Of a stretch of 64,000 bases of DNA, positions 30,103 to 40,013 are shown one piece after another. Each line of letters starts with the position of its first letter. Positions within the stretch are counted from its first letter, which is position 1. The position numbers and the translations under genes were made by a program. Below the pieces are notes generated by a model that ran no database searches, was not told the origin of the DNA, and saw only the letters and a program-made list of their open reading frames with translations. The DNA is from an uncultured bacterium (GTDB taxonomy: Bacteria > UBA8481): assembly GCA_964499705.1 (NCBI GenBank), contig CAZCME010000006.1:1-64000 (forward strand). The letters are read 5' to 3'.

Positions 30103-31676
30103 AGTTCCTCCACCGACTTCCATCGCGCATCCTCGGGACCCGTCACTCCCTCGGGATGGCTCTCGTAGTACGCCACTTCGACATCCAGGAGGTTTCTGCC
30201 CGTTTCCTGGAAATCGAGTCCTTCCTTGAACCAGGGGTATCCGTCGCCGCCTCCTCCCAGGAAGGAATTCGTCGCGACCGTGTAGAGCCGCTCCTTGTAG
30301 AGCGGCTCGCCGGCGACGAATATGTTCACGATCCGGTCGCCCACGGAGCGGGCCGCGTCGAAATAGACGGTCATGCCGGAAAATTCCAGCGGCGTCGTGC
30401 CGTATCCGAGCGACTGCTCCACGATCATCCGGATCTTCGAGCCGGGCAGCTTCATCGTGACAAGCGTATTGCCGAAGGGAGAAACGGCGTAGAGGTCGCG
30501 AAGACGGAGCTCACCCTGGGGCACATCGGCGCGGATGCCGCCCTTGTTCTGGAACGCGATGTCGACTCCAGAGGCCGCCCGCATGATGTCGGTCTGGAGA
30601 TTCCCCAGGGGGCTCGATACCGGTTTTCGCGGACCCCGGCCAATCGGCTTCAGAGCGCGTCCGACGATCCGATTCATCCGCTTGTCGATGTCCGCGAACC
30701 AGGGCTTCAGGAATTCGACGACGACGGTATCCTCGGGATAGCGGGAATGCATCATGTCCACGAGGCGGTACTGGAAGGAATGGATCCTCTTCTTCGCGCG
30801 GTCCCAGCGGATCCGGAGCTCGCCGACGGCGCGGCCGTAGCAGCCCGTCTGGACGATCGGAACGCCATTCTGCACGATGGCCGTCTCGAGCCGCGTATGC
30901 GAATGACCTCCGACGATCAGATCGATGCGGGCGGGGATGGGCGAGCCCGGCGCCGTGTCGAAGTCATCCGCGTGCTCGGCGATCAGCGTGTCATGCTCCA
31001 CGCCGCAGTGCGTCAGGAAGATCACCATGTCAGCGCCCCGCGCTCGGAGCTCCTGGGCGGCGCGGCGCGCTGCGGGAATTTCCGAATCGGCATGCCATCC
31101 GGACGGATCGTTCTCGATGCTCGTCACGCGCTTCAATTCCTCCGTCACGAGCCCCGCCACGCCGATCCTTATCCCTCGATGCGAGATGATGATCGGTCCC
31201 GGGATTTCCGGCGGGCGCAGTTCCGTTCCGGGCAGGTAGACGTTCTCCGCCATCAGCGGCACCTTCGATTCCGCCAGCAGGCGCTTGACGTTCTCGACGC
31301 CGAAATCGAATTCATGGTTGCCGAGCGGGCCGGCATCGTACTTCATGAGATTCATCAGGGCGATCATGAGAGATCCCCTTGTTTCATTGCCCTCGGGAGT
31401 TCCCTGGAAAATATCGCCGCCGTCGAAGAGGAGAATGCCCGTGTCGCCGCCAGTGGCGCGCCTCCATTCCTTGATGAACGTCATCATCGACGCGGAACCG
31501 CCGTAGGGCGGAGGATTATCCGCGCTGATCCAGCGGGCTTTCATCCCCCGGATATTTCCATGCACGTCGTTGGTGTGGAGGATGACGATCTCGTCCGGAT
31601 GAATCTCGTAGAGATGATCGACGACCGCGCAGGAAACACAGGGGAATAATAATAGAAAAAGGACGGCGACCCGCAC
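30099..31676 (-). CDS. Extracytoplasmic bifunctional 5'-nucleotidase/UDP-sugar hydrolase (UshA-like)
   Basis: HTNDVHG, DGGD, GNHEFD, GGHSH, NKGGIRA, PFGN, GGGDGY; signal or lipoprotein N-terminus. Confidence 0.92.
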   Translation of the reverse strand: MRVAVLFLLLFPCVSCAVVDHLYEIHPDEIVILHTNDVHGNIRGMKARWISADNPPPYGGSASMMTFIKEWRRATGGDTGILLFDGGDIFQGTPEGNETRGSLMIALMNLMKYDAGPLGNHEFDFGVENVKRLLAESKVPLMAENVYLPGTELRPPEIPGPIIISHRGIRIGVAGLVTEELKRVTSIENDPSGWHADSEIPAARRAAQELRARGADMVIFLTHCGVEHDTLIAEHADDFDTAPGSPIPARIDLIVGGHSHTRLETAIVQNGVPIVQTGCYGRAVGELRIRWDRAKKRIHSFQYRLVDMMHSRYPEDTVVVEFLKPWFADIDKRMNRIVGRALKPIGRGPRKPVSSPLGNLQTDIMRAASGVDIAFQNKGGIRADVPQGELRLRDLYAVSPFGNTLVTMKLPGSKIRMIVEQSLGYGTTPLEFSGMTVYFDAARSVGDRIVNIFVAGEPLYKERLYTVATNSFLGGGGDGYPWFKEGLDFQETGRNLLDVEVAYYESHPEGVTGPEDARWKSVEEL

Positions 31677-31698
31677 CGTCCTTGTACATTCTCGCCTG

Positions 31699-32181
31699 TT
31701 ACTCCGCAATGATCCGCACCCCGTACTTCCCCGCCAGCTCGCGAGCCAGCGGCGTCACGAGCGTCTTTCTCCCCACGGTGATTACTTTAGTATTAAATCT
31801 CCAAAGTTCAAGGTCCGCGGCGGTCACCAGTTTTTTCACGATCATGCCGGGCGAAGCCGGGGAGGCGGCGGGGTGCGGCCTCTTCGAAAGCGCTCCGACG
31901 ACGGCCGCCATCACGGCTTCCGTCACCGCGCGGGATTCCGGCGTTTCCCTCGTTCGCATCGTCTCCTCGATCGCGATCCCCAGCGCGCCCGCCCGTTCAC
32001 GCGCGGCCGGCGTCACGATCGCTCCGGGCGGAATCTGCAGGCTCCTGGAGCCACGCCTCCGCGCCGCGACGATCATGGCCTCCGACACGACCGGCCGCCT
32101 GATCCGCACGGACGATTTTGCCGAGGAGAGCGATTTCATGACCTCCTCTTCGACGATTTTACGGATGAGATCGAGATTCAT
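31699..32181 (-). CDS. BMC-associated hypothetical protein with encapsulation peptide
   Basis: N-terminal amphipathic LIRKIVEEEVMKSL; two repeats of (I/L)VTP.ARE.A...G(I/V).I. Confidence 0.7.
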   Translation of the reverse strand: MNLDLIRKIVEEEVMKSLSSAKSSVRIRRPVVSEAMIVAARRRGSRSLQIPPGAIVTPAARERAGALGIAIEETMRTRETPESRAVTEAVMAAVVGALSKRPHPAASPASPGMIVKKLVTAADLELWRFNTKVITVGRKTLVTPLARELAGKYGVRIIAE

Positions 32182-32187
32182 GGAACG

Positions 32188-32739
32188 CTAGAAGATGGCT
32201 CGCAGCAGATCCTTGTGCGGCTGAGGAATCACGATAGAGGAATGCAGGAGCCCGGTCGCCTTCGCGACGTCCGTCGCCGCGGCCATCGCGTCTCTCACGG
32301 GGCCGATCGTCCCGGTGAGAACGAAAAAGCCCTTGCCGCCGATCCCCGTCGCCAGGCGCGCCTCGATGAGCTTCACTTCGGCTTTCTTGACGGCCGCGTC
32401 GGCCGACCGGATGAGGCACGCCACGGAGAAGGATTCCAGGACCCCGACCGCTTCGAGCTGATCCACGGTGCAGGCGCCCGCCAGCGCGGTGAAGACATCC
32501 GCGTGAACGCGCGGAATGATCGTCGTGTCGACCAGCGTGGAGCCGGCGTTCTTCTTGCCGGCTTCAATGGCCGTCTCGATCGGACCGACGTCGCCGCGCC
32601 AGACGCTCAGGTATTTTCCCGGGCAGATCGGATGGGCGTCGATGAGCTGAACTTCCGCGGCCTTCAACATCGTGTCCGCGCATTGGATTCCCAGCGCGAT
32701 CGAATTCGTTTCCATGATACCCACGGCGTATTCCGTCAT
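32188..32739 (-). CDS. pduT: BMC-T shell protein, PduT-like
   Basis: Two BMC domains; ICPGKY with the Fe-S-binding Cys; GIGGKGF; GGAGG RBS. Confidence 0.85.
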   Translation of the reverse strand: MTEYAVGIMETNSIALGIQCADTMLKAAEVQLIDAHPICPGKYLSVWRGDVGPIETAIEAGKKNAGSTLVDTTIIPRVHADVFTALAGACTVDQLEAVGVLESFSVACLIRSADAAVKKAEVKLIEARLATGIGGKGFFVLTGTIGPVRDAMAAATDVAKATGLLHSSIVIPQPHKDLLRAIF

Positions 32740-32764
32740 CGCTGCCTCCTCCATCCTTCTTTCG

Positions 32765-34242
32765 TCATCCTTCTCTCACGATCTCCACGTGGTCTCCCAC
32801 GTTCACCACGACGCCATCCATCGAAGCGTGCACGCGCGATCCGAGAGCGTTATCCGGAACCTCTCCCAGGAGGTCACCCGTCGCCACCCGGTCACCCTTG
32901 CGGACGCGGGGCGCGGCGGGCGTGCCGACGTGCTGCGACAACGGAATCCGGACCACGCGGGGACGGAGCCGTGTCTCCACCAGGAGCGCGGGAACGTCCC
33001 AATCCGTAAGGTACAGACCCTTGATGATCCGGTCGACAGGGATCTTTCTCTCGTCGTAGGCAGGATGAATTTCGCCGGTGGAACCGCGGAACGGATTCGG
33101 CGTCTTCGTCGCGATCATCTTCCGCTTCACCATCTGCATCACTTCGCGCGGGCGCAGGTCCATCGGGCACGACCAGAGCGTGCAGATTCCGCACTCGCAG
33201 CAGATGGCGCCGGTGAGAGCGTAGCCGTTCATCGGAGGNNNNNNNNNNNNNNNNNNNNNNNNNNNNNNNNNNNNNNNNNNNNNNNNNNNNNNNNNNNNNN
33301 NNNNNNNNNNNNNNNNNNNNNNNNNNNNNNNNNNNNNNAGATTCCGCACTCGCAGCAGATGGCGCCGGTGAGAGCGTAGCCGTTCATCGGAGGAGGATCC
33401 ATCGTCGCGGCCATCTGCCGGACAGCCCTGTGCGGCAGCACGCGGTGCCCCAGGGTGAAGCGGGGACAATACTTCGTGCAATCCTCGCAGACGGTGCAGG
33501 CGGACGCGGCGCGCTGCCAGGAGATCTTCGGATGCTCCGTCCGTTTCTGGACGTAATAATGATCCGCGGGGAAGACGAGAATACCGGAGGTCTTCTTCGT
33601 GATGCTCGTCCCGGGCGAGACGAATTTTCCCATCATCGGCCCACCGTCCAGGATCACGATCTCCTCGGCCGTCGCGCCTCCCGCCGCGTCGATGACGTCG
33701 GAGACGGAAGTGCCGATCGGAGCCAGGACCGTGCGCGGCGCGTGCACGGCGCCGCCCACCGTGAGATAGCGCTCGGTCACCGGTGTTCCCCGCGTGGCGT
33801 CGTCCAGCCACAGGAGCGTATGAATGTTCTGGACGAGGCAACCCACGTGAAGCGGAAGACCGGCTTCCGGGATGACGCGGCCCGTCACCTCGTACACAAG
33901 CGTCACTTCGTCTCCGGCCGGATAGAAAGCGCCGAGCCCGAAGAGTTCGACGCCCGCGCGGTCGGCGATCGGCTTCAAGGCCTTGTAGGCTTCCTTGTAT
34001 TTCTCCTTCAGAGCGATGACGGCCCGCCGCGCGCCGGTCGCTTCCTTCACACGGAGCATTCCTTCGACAAGCCTTTCGGGAAATCGCGACATGAGCTGCT
34101 GATCGACGCGCAGGAGAGGTTCGCATTCGGCGCCGTTGGCTATGACGATCTCAACCTGGGCGGCGACTTTGACATGGGTCGGAAATCCCGCTCCGCCGCC
34201 CCCGACAACACCGGAGGTCCGGGCCGCGTCAGCGAGGGTCAT
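32765..34242 (-). CDS. pduS: PduS/RnfC-like flavin and Fe-S oxidoreductase (spans the assembly gap)
   Basis: GVVGGGGAGFPTHVK, NGAECEPLL, SLBB domain, CTVCEDCTKYCP, CCECGIC...CP, and C-terminal VRIPLSQHVG. Confidence 0.85.
33239..33338. other. Scaffold gap (100 N) with duplicated flanks
   Basis: The 55 nt at 33184-33238 are repeated at 33339-33393. Confidence 0.95.
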
Positions 34243-34243
34243 A

Positions 34244-34365
34244 GGGGACATTCTCCAACATTCCAACATTGGGGATAAACGACTTAGACATCACCACACT
34301 CGGAAGCGAATTTCGAACCTTGTAAGTCTTGTATTCACAATGTTGGAATGTTGGAGAATGTCCCC
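34244..34365. repeat. Palindromic REP/MITE-like element, family A copy 2
   Basis: Same 28-bp arms (34244-34271 and 34338-34365) around a different 66-bp spacer. Confidence 0.9.
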
Positions 34366-34366
34366 A

Positions 34367-35788
34367 TCAATAAATCCGCAGGGCTCCCACGATGGATAGT
34401 CGCCGCTTGCGGGCGAAGTTCCTCGGAGTCGTGCATCCTTCGCCGGTCGGCGTCGTGATGCTCCAGGCGGTCGGCCCCTCCCCTTCGTATCCGAGGCCGT
34501 TGGCGCAGGAACCGTTGACGATGAAGATGGAGCAGTTCGCGGCCTTGCCGAAGCGCGTGACGCGGCCGAGGTCGCGGGAGTGCATCATCGCGGTGTGGGA
34601 ATAGCCGTGCTCCGCCTGCAAAGCCGCGGCCAGCGCCGCGTCGAAATCCGGGACGCGGACGATCGGAAGGACCGGCATGAGCTGCTCGGACTGCACGAGC
34701 GGGTGATCGGCGTTGGAACCGACATCGCAGAAGAGGATCTTCGTCGACTTCGGGACCGTGATCCCGATGCGCGCGGCGAGAACGGAAGCGTCCCGCCCGA
34801 CGGAGTCCCGCTTCGGGCGGGCGCGCGGACCGTGCGGCCCGTCGTATCCGTCGAGGCAGGTCTTCAGGAGCCGGTCCAGCTCGAACTGGGCCAGCTCGTG
34901 GCCGCCGTGCTTTTTGAGGGCGCCCTTCAATTCGTCAGCCACCTTGTCGACGACGAAGACTTCCTTCTCCGCGATGCAGACGATGTTGTTGTCCAGCGAA
35001 GCGCCTTCGACGATCTTGCGGCCCGCCAGATCGATATCGGCCGTTTCATCGACGATGACGGGCGGATTTCCGGGGCCTGCCGCGAGACATCGCTTTCCCG
35101 CGGCGAGCGCGGCTTTCACGACGCCGCCGCCGCCGGTCACCACGAGAAGCTTGACCGAGCGGGAGGCGAACATGATGTTGGCCGCTTCGAGCGTCGGATA
35201 CGCGACCGTCGTCAGCATGTTCCGCGGGCCGCCGTTATCGATGATCGCGCGGTTGATCTGCGTCATCGCGGTCTGCGAGACGCGCCGCGCGCTCGGATGA
35301 AAATTGAAAACGATCGAGTTGCCCGCCGCGAGAGCGCAGATGGAATTGGAGATGATCGTCTCCGAGGGATTGGTGGAGGGCGTGATGGAACCGATGACGC
35401 CGAAGGGAGTGTATTCTTCCAGTGTGACGCCATAATCGCCGGAGAAGGAATCGTGGGGAATATCCTCTATGCCGGGAGTTTTCGTCGCGGCGAGAATATT
35501 CTTCTTCACCTTGTGCTCGACGTTGCCCATCCCCGTTTCCTGCACGGCGAGCTCCGCGAGCGAACGCGCGTTGTCGACGATGGCCTTTCTCATCGCCGCG
35601 ATGATAGTTTCACGACGCGCGACCTCGATCGTGCCCCACTGCTTCTGCGCCGCTTCGGCGGCCGCGATGGCGTCCTCCATCTTCGTGAAGATCCCGTCGG
35701 AGGCTTCCGGAAGGGCCGCGGTCGGCGCCTCGCGGCCGATGCGGGTCATGACCTTCCGGGTGATATCGGCGATCTGGGAATCATCCAT
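34367..35788 (-). CDS. eutE: CoA-acylating aldehyde dehydrogenase (EutE/PduP family) with encapsulation peptide
   Basis: ITPSTNPSET, AGPGNPP, DNNIVCIAEKE, EQLMPVLP, TPTGEG; N-terminal QIADITRKVMTRI. Confidence 0.9.
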   Translation of the reverse strand: MDDSQIADITRKVMTRIGREAPTAALPEASDGIFTKMEDAIAAAEAAQKQWGTIEVARRETIIAAMRKAIVDNARSLAELAVQETGMGNVEHKVKKNILAATKTPGIEDIPHDSFSGDYGVTLEEYTPFGVIGSITPSTNPSETIISNSICALAAGNSIVFNFHPSARRVSQTAMTQINRAIIDNGGPRNMLTTVAYPTLEAANIMFASRSVKLLVVTGGGGVVKAALAAGKRCLAAGPGNPPVIVDETADIDLAGRKIVEGASLDNNIVCIAEKEVFVVDKVADELKGALKKHGGHELAQFELDRLLKTCLDGYDGPHGPRARPKRDSVGRDASVLAARIGITVPKSTKILFCDVGSNADHPLVQSEQLMPVLPIVRVPDFDAALAAALQAEHGYSHTAMMHSRDLGRVTRFGKAANCSIFIVNGSCANGLGYEGEGPTAWSITTPTGEGCTTPRNFARKRRLSIVGALRIY

Positions 35789-35809
35789 GTTCCATGTACC
35801 TCACGATGC

Positions 35810-36118
35810 TCATGATTCGCCCGGCTTCCATGCGTTCGGATGAAGTTCCTTGCCGCCATATTCCACGGTGTCGATGATGGCGGAGATCGCCGCGTCGATG
35901 GGCGTGCCTTCCTTGGGGTAGGCCAGCCGCGCGGATGAACCCGCGACCAGGAGGACCGTCTCGCCCGCGCCGGCTCCGACCGTGTCCGCCGCGACGACGA
36001 AGGAGCCTTTCGGCTTGCCCGTGATGTCGCACTCCTCGACGATGAGGAGCTTGGTTCCGGTCAGCTTCGGAGATTTTCTCGTGGCGACGACGGTGCCGAT
36101 GACCCGTCCCAGCTTCAC
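35810..36118 (-). CDS. eutN: BMC-P vertex protein (EutN/CcmL)
   Basis: GRVIGTVVATRK...AADTVGAGAGETVL..GSSAR...PIDAAI.AIID. Confidence 0.93.
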   Translation of the reverse strand: MKLGRVIGTVVATRKSPKLTGTKLLIVEECDITGKPKGSFVVAADTVGAGAGETVLLVAGSSARLAYPKEGTPIDAAISAIIDTVEYGGKELHPNAWKPGES

Positions 36119-36121
36119 GCG

Positions 36122-36415
36122 TTATTTCTTACCGTCGTCCTCAGGAACGCGGATCGGAAAAATATCTTTCACGTTGGGATGCGGTCGAGGAATGACGTGC
36201 ACCGAGATCAGCTCGCCGACTTTTTCGGCGGCAGCGGCGCCCGCGTCCGTGGCCGCCTTGCAGGCCGCCACGTCGCCGCGGACAAAGGTCGTGACCAGTC
36301 CGCCGCCGACTTTCTCGTAGCCGCAAAGAATGACCTTCGCCGCCTTGACCATCGCGTCCGCGGCTTCCACCGCGCCTACCATCCCCTTCGTTTCGATCAT
36401 GCCCAGAGCTTCCAC
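36122..36415 (-). CDS. BMC-H hexamer shell protein (EutM/PduA-like)
   Basis: [22 protein letters not shown]...[15 protein letters not shown]...HVIPRPH. Confidence 0.95.
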   Translation of the reverse strand: MEALGMIETKGMVGAVEAADAMVKAAKVILCGYEKVGGGLVTTFVRGDVAACKAATDAGAAAAEKVGELISVHVIPRPHPNVKDIFPIRVPEDDGKK

Positions 36416-36498
36416 ACGAGCCTCCTTGAATAAATTCTTTTCAGCGGGTCATGCTATTCCCGAGCGAAGAGCATGACAAGACGAAATATTGCTCAACA

Positions 36499-36707
36499 GA
36501 AGTTCCCCAACTGAAGAATCTTTAACCACGAACCACACGAACCACACGAAAATATGCCTTCAATGGGATAAAATAGAGTCAGCGGTCGCGGAGGGTCTTC
36601 GCCTTAGTCGGTCTTCTCCTCAAGCGTCCATAAAGCGACGCTTCTTCCCAAAATTTTCGTGTTTTTCGTGTGGTTCGTGGTTTCAGGTTTTGTGGATGGG
36701 GAACTTC
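36499..36707. mobile_element. Nested MITE-like element, family B copy 1
   Basis: 13-bp TIRs GAAGTTCCCCAAC/GATGGGGAACTTC; flanking 13-bp direct repeats (12/13); inner 30-bp arms AACCACGAACCACACGAA.. at 36524-36553 and 36653-36682 (28/30). Confidence 0.7.
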
Positions 36708-36732
36708 AAATTGCTCAACAGGACCGCATACA

Positions 36733-37386
36733 TCATCTCAACAGAAGTTCCATCTCGTCCCCCGACTTCAAGCCGAAGGCGTTTCCCTCGTCCGTGTCGA
36801 GATGCGCCTCCAGCGTGTGAATGTCGCCCACGCGCACGAGGAGATTCTCCATGATCCCGCCGCGCGGACCGGCGATCCTGGCCCTGATGATGGATCTGTC
36901 CTTCAGCCCGAGCGCCGCGCCCTCGGTCGTGTGGCAGTGGAGATGCCTTCCGGCGATGATGACGCCCCTGCCGATCACCACGGATCCCGCCTGGCCCATG
37001 ACGACGCAGCCCGGGGTATCGTCCAGCTCGCCGGACTGCCGGATCGGAGGATTCATCCCGAGCGTGAACGCATCGGTCCGGGAGATCTCGAACTGCGTGT
37101 ACTTTCGTTCCGGACCGATCAGGCGGACGTTATGGAAGACGCCTTTCCTCGTCGCGATGGAGACGGTCTCGTTTGTGGCGAACTGGTCGGGCTGCAGCAG
37201 GGCGCGCATCGGAGTCAGCTTCCGGCCGGGGCCGAATAGAATCTCCACGTGTTCTTTCGTCAAGTGGCCGTGCCGGTTCGATATGCCGACCCGGACGATC
37301 CTGGAGGGATTGTGATTCGCGAGCGATTTGCCGGCGATGGTCCGGACAACTTCGTCGACCACGCTGCTTATCATGGCGTCATTCAT
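36733..37386 (-). CDS. pduL: PduL phosphotransacylase with encapsulation peptide
   Basis: GISNRHGHLT, LLQPDQFA, RLIGPER..TQFEIS.TDA, RHLH, HLDTDEGNA; N-terminal MISSVVDEVVRTI. Confidence 0.92.
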   Translation of the reverse strand: MNDAMISSVVDEVVRTIAGKSLANHNPSRIVRVGISNRHGHLTKEHVEILFGPGRKLTPMRALLQPDQFATNETVSIATRKGVFHNVRLIGPERKYTQFEISRTDAFTLGMNPPIRQSGELDDTPGCVVMGQAGSVVIGRGVIIAGRHLHCHTTEGAALGLKDRSIIRARIAGPRGGIMENLLVRVGDIHTLEAHLDTDEGNAFGLKSGDEMELLLR

Positions 37387-37437
37387 CTGCTAAATCATCC
37401 ATTGCAAGGCTAAATCCAACCGCGATAATGTCAAGAA

Positions 37438-38349
37438 GTGAAACGGCTCATGATCCTCGCCCTCGTCACCGCGGCCACGGTCGCGGCGCTTATTCCGCTC
37501 ATCCCCTTCTGGCTGACATGGCTCAACATGACTCCCTTTCGCGGCCCGGAATCCGGACCCCGTCCTTCCGATTACGGCCTGGAAACGGAAACGCTCGACG
37601 TCATCGCTCCCGACGGCGTCCTCCTGAAAGCCTGGCTCGTGCGCGGTGAAACCAACGCTCCTCTTGTCGTCGTCGTTCACGGCAAGGGAAACTCCAAAAT
37701 GGGCATGCTCAATTACGCGCGCCCCCTTCATAAGGCCGGATTCCATGTCCTTCTGCCGGATCTCCGGGGGCACGGCGAGAGCGGGGACGCGCGGATCACC
37801 ATGGGCCTGCGGGAAGCCGACGATGTCAGGCTCTGCGTCGAAGCGGCCTGCCGCAGGCCGGGGATCGATACGACACGCATCGGGGTTCACGGTCAGTCGA
37901 TGGGAACGGCCGCCGCCATTCTCGGCCTGTGCGACAATAAAAATGTCCGCGGCTTCTTTCTCGATTCGGGCTTCGCGGCACTGGACGATCTGATGGTCGA
38001 CGTCGGCGTCCATGTTTACGGCGTGCCGCGCTGGATCGCCGCCATGGGGAATCCTTCCTATCATCTCCTCAGCGGAACGCACCCCTCCGCGGTCCGGCCC
38101 GCGGAATGCCTTGCCCGGTTGAATGTTCCCTGCTTTTTCTATCACGCGACGGACGACCGCACGATCCCGATCCGCCATGGCCGGGCCCTGTTCGATGCCG
38201 CCAAGGGGAAAAAAGCGATGGTGACGTCCGCCGGCGATCATGTCGCCAGCTGGGGCGCGAATCCGGAAAAATTCGAGAAGCATCTCGTGGATTTTTTCAG
38301 GGGAGTCTTCGCGGATCCGGAATTCGATCCGATTTCACTCGCGCGCTGA
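37438..38349 (+). CDS. Alpha/beta hydrolase, membrane-anchored
   Basis: VHG, DLRGHGES, GQSMG nucleophile elbow, catalytic Asp/His candidates. Confidence 0.88.
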   Translation: MKRLMILALVTAATVAALIPLIPFWLTWLNMTPFRGPESGPRPSDYGLETETLDVIAPDGVLLKAWLVRGETNAPLVVVVHGKGNSKMGMLNYARPLHKAGFHVLLPDLRGHGESGDARITMGLREADDVRLCVEAACRRPGIDTTRIGVHGQSMGTAAAILGLCDNKNVRGFFLDSGFAALDDLMVDVGVHVYGVPRWIAAMGNPSYHLLSGTHPSAVRPAECLARLNVPCFFYHATDDRTIPIRHGRALFDAAKGKKAMVTSAGDHVASWGANPEKFEKHLVDFFRGVFADPEFDPISLAR

Positions 38350-39873
38350 CACGTCCCATTGATTCCCGCGCCACTGGAGCGAATACCGCGCGGCATCGTC
38401 TCTCCACCACGTCTCATGGATGATCCGCGAAAGTCTCTTCTCTTCCACCTCAGCCGAGGGATCGTCGAAATATCCGATCGTCAGCTTGAAGGCGGGATCG
38501 AGCCTGGCCGGCGGCTCGCCTTCCAGTCGGAATGTAAATCCGCGCTCGGAGCGATGCTCATTCACGAAAGCATTCAGGGATGAATAGTATCGATCCGCAT
38601 CGACGTTCGCGGCGCGGATCCGGCCGGTCACGTCAAGAAGTTGTCCGGTCTGGACGAGCGCGAAGAGGAGAATGCCGGCGACGACGAATTTTCCGCGGCG
38701 CGCGCTCAGTTTTTCCGGGTTGATAAGAGCGCAGACGCCGATCACGGAGAGCAGATTGAAGAGGTAGGCGTAATACGTGTTCTCCCGCGCGTTATCGACC
38801 GTCCTGCCAAGCGTGATGATCGCCAGAAACGCCAGGATCATGCTCACCGCGGAAGCGGCCGTCAGCAGGCGGGCACGGGAGATTCCCCTTCCGAGGGCGG
38901 GAGCAAGAGCTACGAGGAGAAACAGCAGGATCGTCGAATTGAGGATGAACTCAGGCGACCGGTCGGCTCCGGGAAAAGCAATCTCGAACCTTTGGAACGC
39001 CTCGACTCGGATTCGCACCGCCGAGGGCAGAACGCCTTCGACGAGAAAACTCGATGCCATCACGCCGATCGCCTTCGGTAATCCGGCCAGCGTCACCGCG
39101 TCCGGCCGCGCCGCCGCGGCTCCACCGAAGAACCGTTCCGCCTTCATGGCATGATTCCCGTAGGCGATCGTAAAAAATGCAACCGGCAGGAATAGAAGGA
39201 ACGTATACCCTTTGTTTCCGCTGATCCGGAGGATCGCCGGCCGCGGTGATGATCCTTCCGCCGCGCTTGCTCCCATGACCCAGCATGCGGAAATCCCCAG
39301 GATGAAACAGAAGACGGCATTTGGCTCATAGAAAAATGCGGCCGCCGTCATGCCGAGTAGATACTTAATCGCCCACGCGCGTCCCGTTCGCTCGTGGCAC
39401 GCATCCAGCAACAGGCGCCATGAAGCCAGGAGGCAGGCGAATCCAAGAACATACCCGCCGAGATGATTCCACGTGACGAGTTCCGCGTTCGAACGCATCA
39501 CGCCGAACAGGAGCGCCAGCGGCCCGGCGAATCCCTTCGCGTCGATTCCCAGCAGAAGCCGGTACAGCAGCAGCGTCGTCACGAGATGAAAGAGGAGATT
39601 CGCGATGTTCCAGGCCCGGTGATCCCCTTCCATGAAATGCCGCTCGACAGCCAGCGCCAGGAAGGTCAGCGGCCGGAAGAGTTTCTCTTCTCCCCGCCAG
39701 TATTTCCTCGAAAGCTCGAAATCCAGGAGCGAAAGTTTCTCCTCGAACGATTCCATCCGGGACGTCTCCGCCATGTAGAGAATCTGATCCGCGACAAAGA
39801 CGCGGTTGACGGCCGGCAAATAGAGAAGCGCGATCAGGATGCCGCCGGCGATTATGACGACATAGGGACGCAT
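38335..39873 (-). CDS. Polytopic membrane protein, probable GT-C glycosyltransferase
   Basis: FVADQ after TM1, FRPLT, NLLFHLVTTLLLY; more than 10 TM segments. Confidence 0.65.
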   Translation of the reverse strand: MRPYVVIIAGGILIALLYLPAVNRVFVADQILYMAETSRMESFEEKLSLLDFELSRKYWRGEEKLFRPLTFLALAVERHFMEGDHRAWNIANLLFHLVTTLLLYRLLLGIDAKGFAGPLALLFGVMRSNAELVTWNHLGGYVLGFACLLASWRLLLDACHERTGRAWAIKYLLGMTAAAFFYEPNAVFCFILGISACWVMGASAAEGSSPRPAILRISGNKGYTFLLFLPVAFFTIAYGNHAMKAERFFGGAAAARPDAVTLAGLPKAIGVMASSFLVEGVLPSAVRIRVEAFQRFEIAFPGADRSPEFILNSTILLFLLVALAPALGRGISRARLLTAASAVSMILAFLAIITLGRTVDNARENTYYAYLFNLLSVIGVCALINPEKLSARRGKFVVAGILLFALVQTGQLLDVTGRIRAANVDADRYYSSLNAFVNEHRSERGFTFRLEGEPPARLDPAFKLTIGYFDDPSAEVEEKRLSRIIHETWWRDDAARYSLQWRGNQWDVSARE

Positions 39874-39909
39874 CGCCGCAGTATACACGGCGTCAGACCG
39901 TTGCCATCC

Positions 39910-40013
39910 GCCAATGCCCATCAAGAAGTAATAATAGGATGGGCAGGATCTATTTTTGTGAAAGCCAAGGTGATGTGGTCCTGTTATCTTCCCGCCCTCG
40001 GATGGGGAACTCC
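39910..40013. mobile_element. Degenerate family B element, copy 3
   Basis: Contains AGGATGGGCAGGATC, and its right end CCTGTTATCTTCCCGCCCTCGGATGGGGAACTCC is near-colinear with the right end of the 52811-53028 copy. Confidence 0.55.

Noticed and set aside
32765-34269. pduS as a frameshifted pseudogene or two genes
   Set aside because: Explained by duplicated flanks around the N gap.
36499-36511. Resemblance of the family B TIR to the FLP target arm GAAGTTCCTAT(T/A)C
   Set aside because: The match is partial, the arms are about 190 bp apart rather than 8 bp, and there is no vector sequence; treated as coincidence.
36524-36682. Possible CRISPR array among the short repeats
   Set aside because: The repeats are inverted arms of tandem units with no regular repeat-spacer series and no cas genes.
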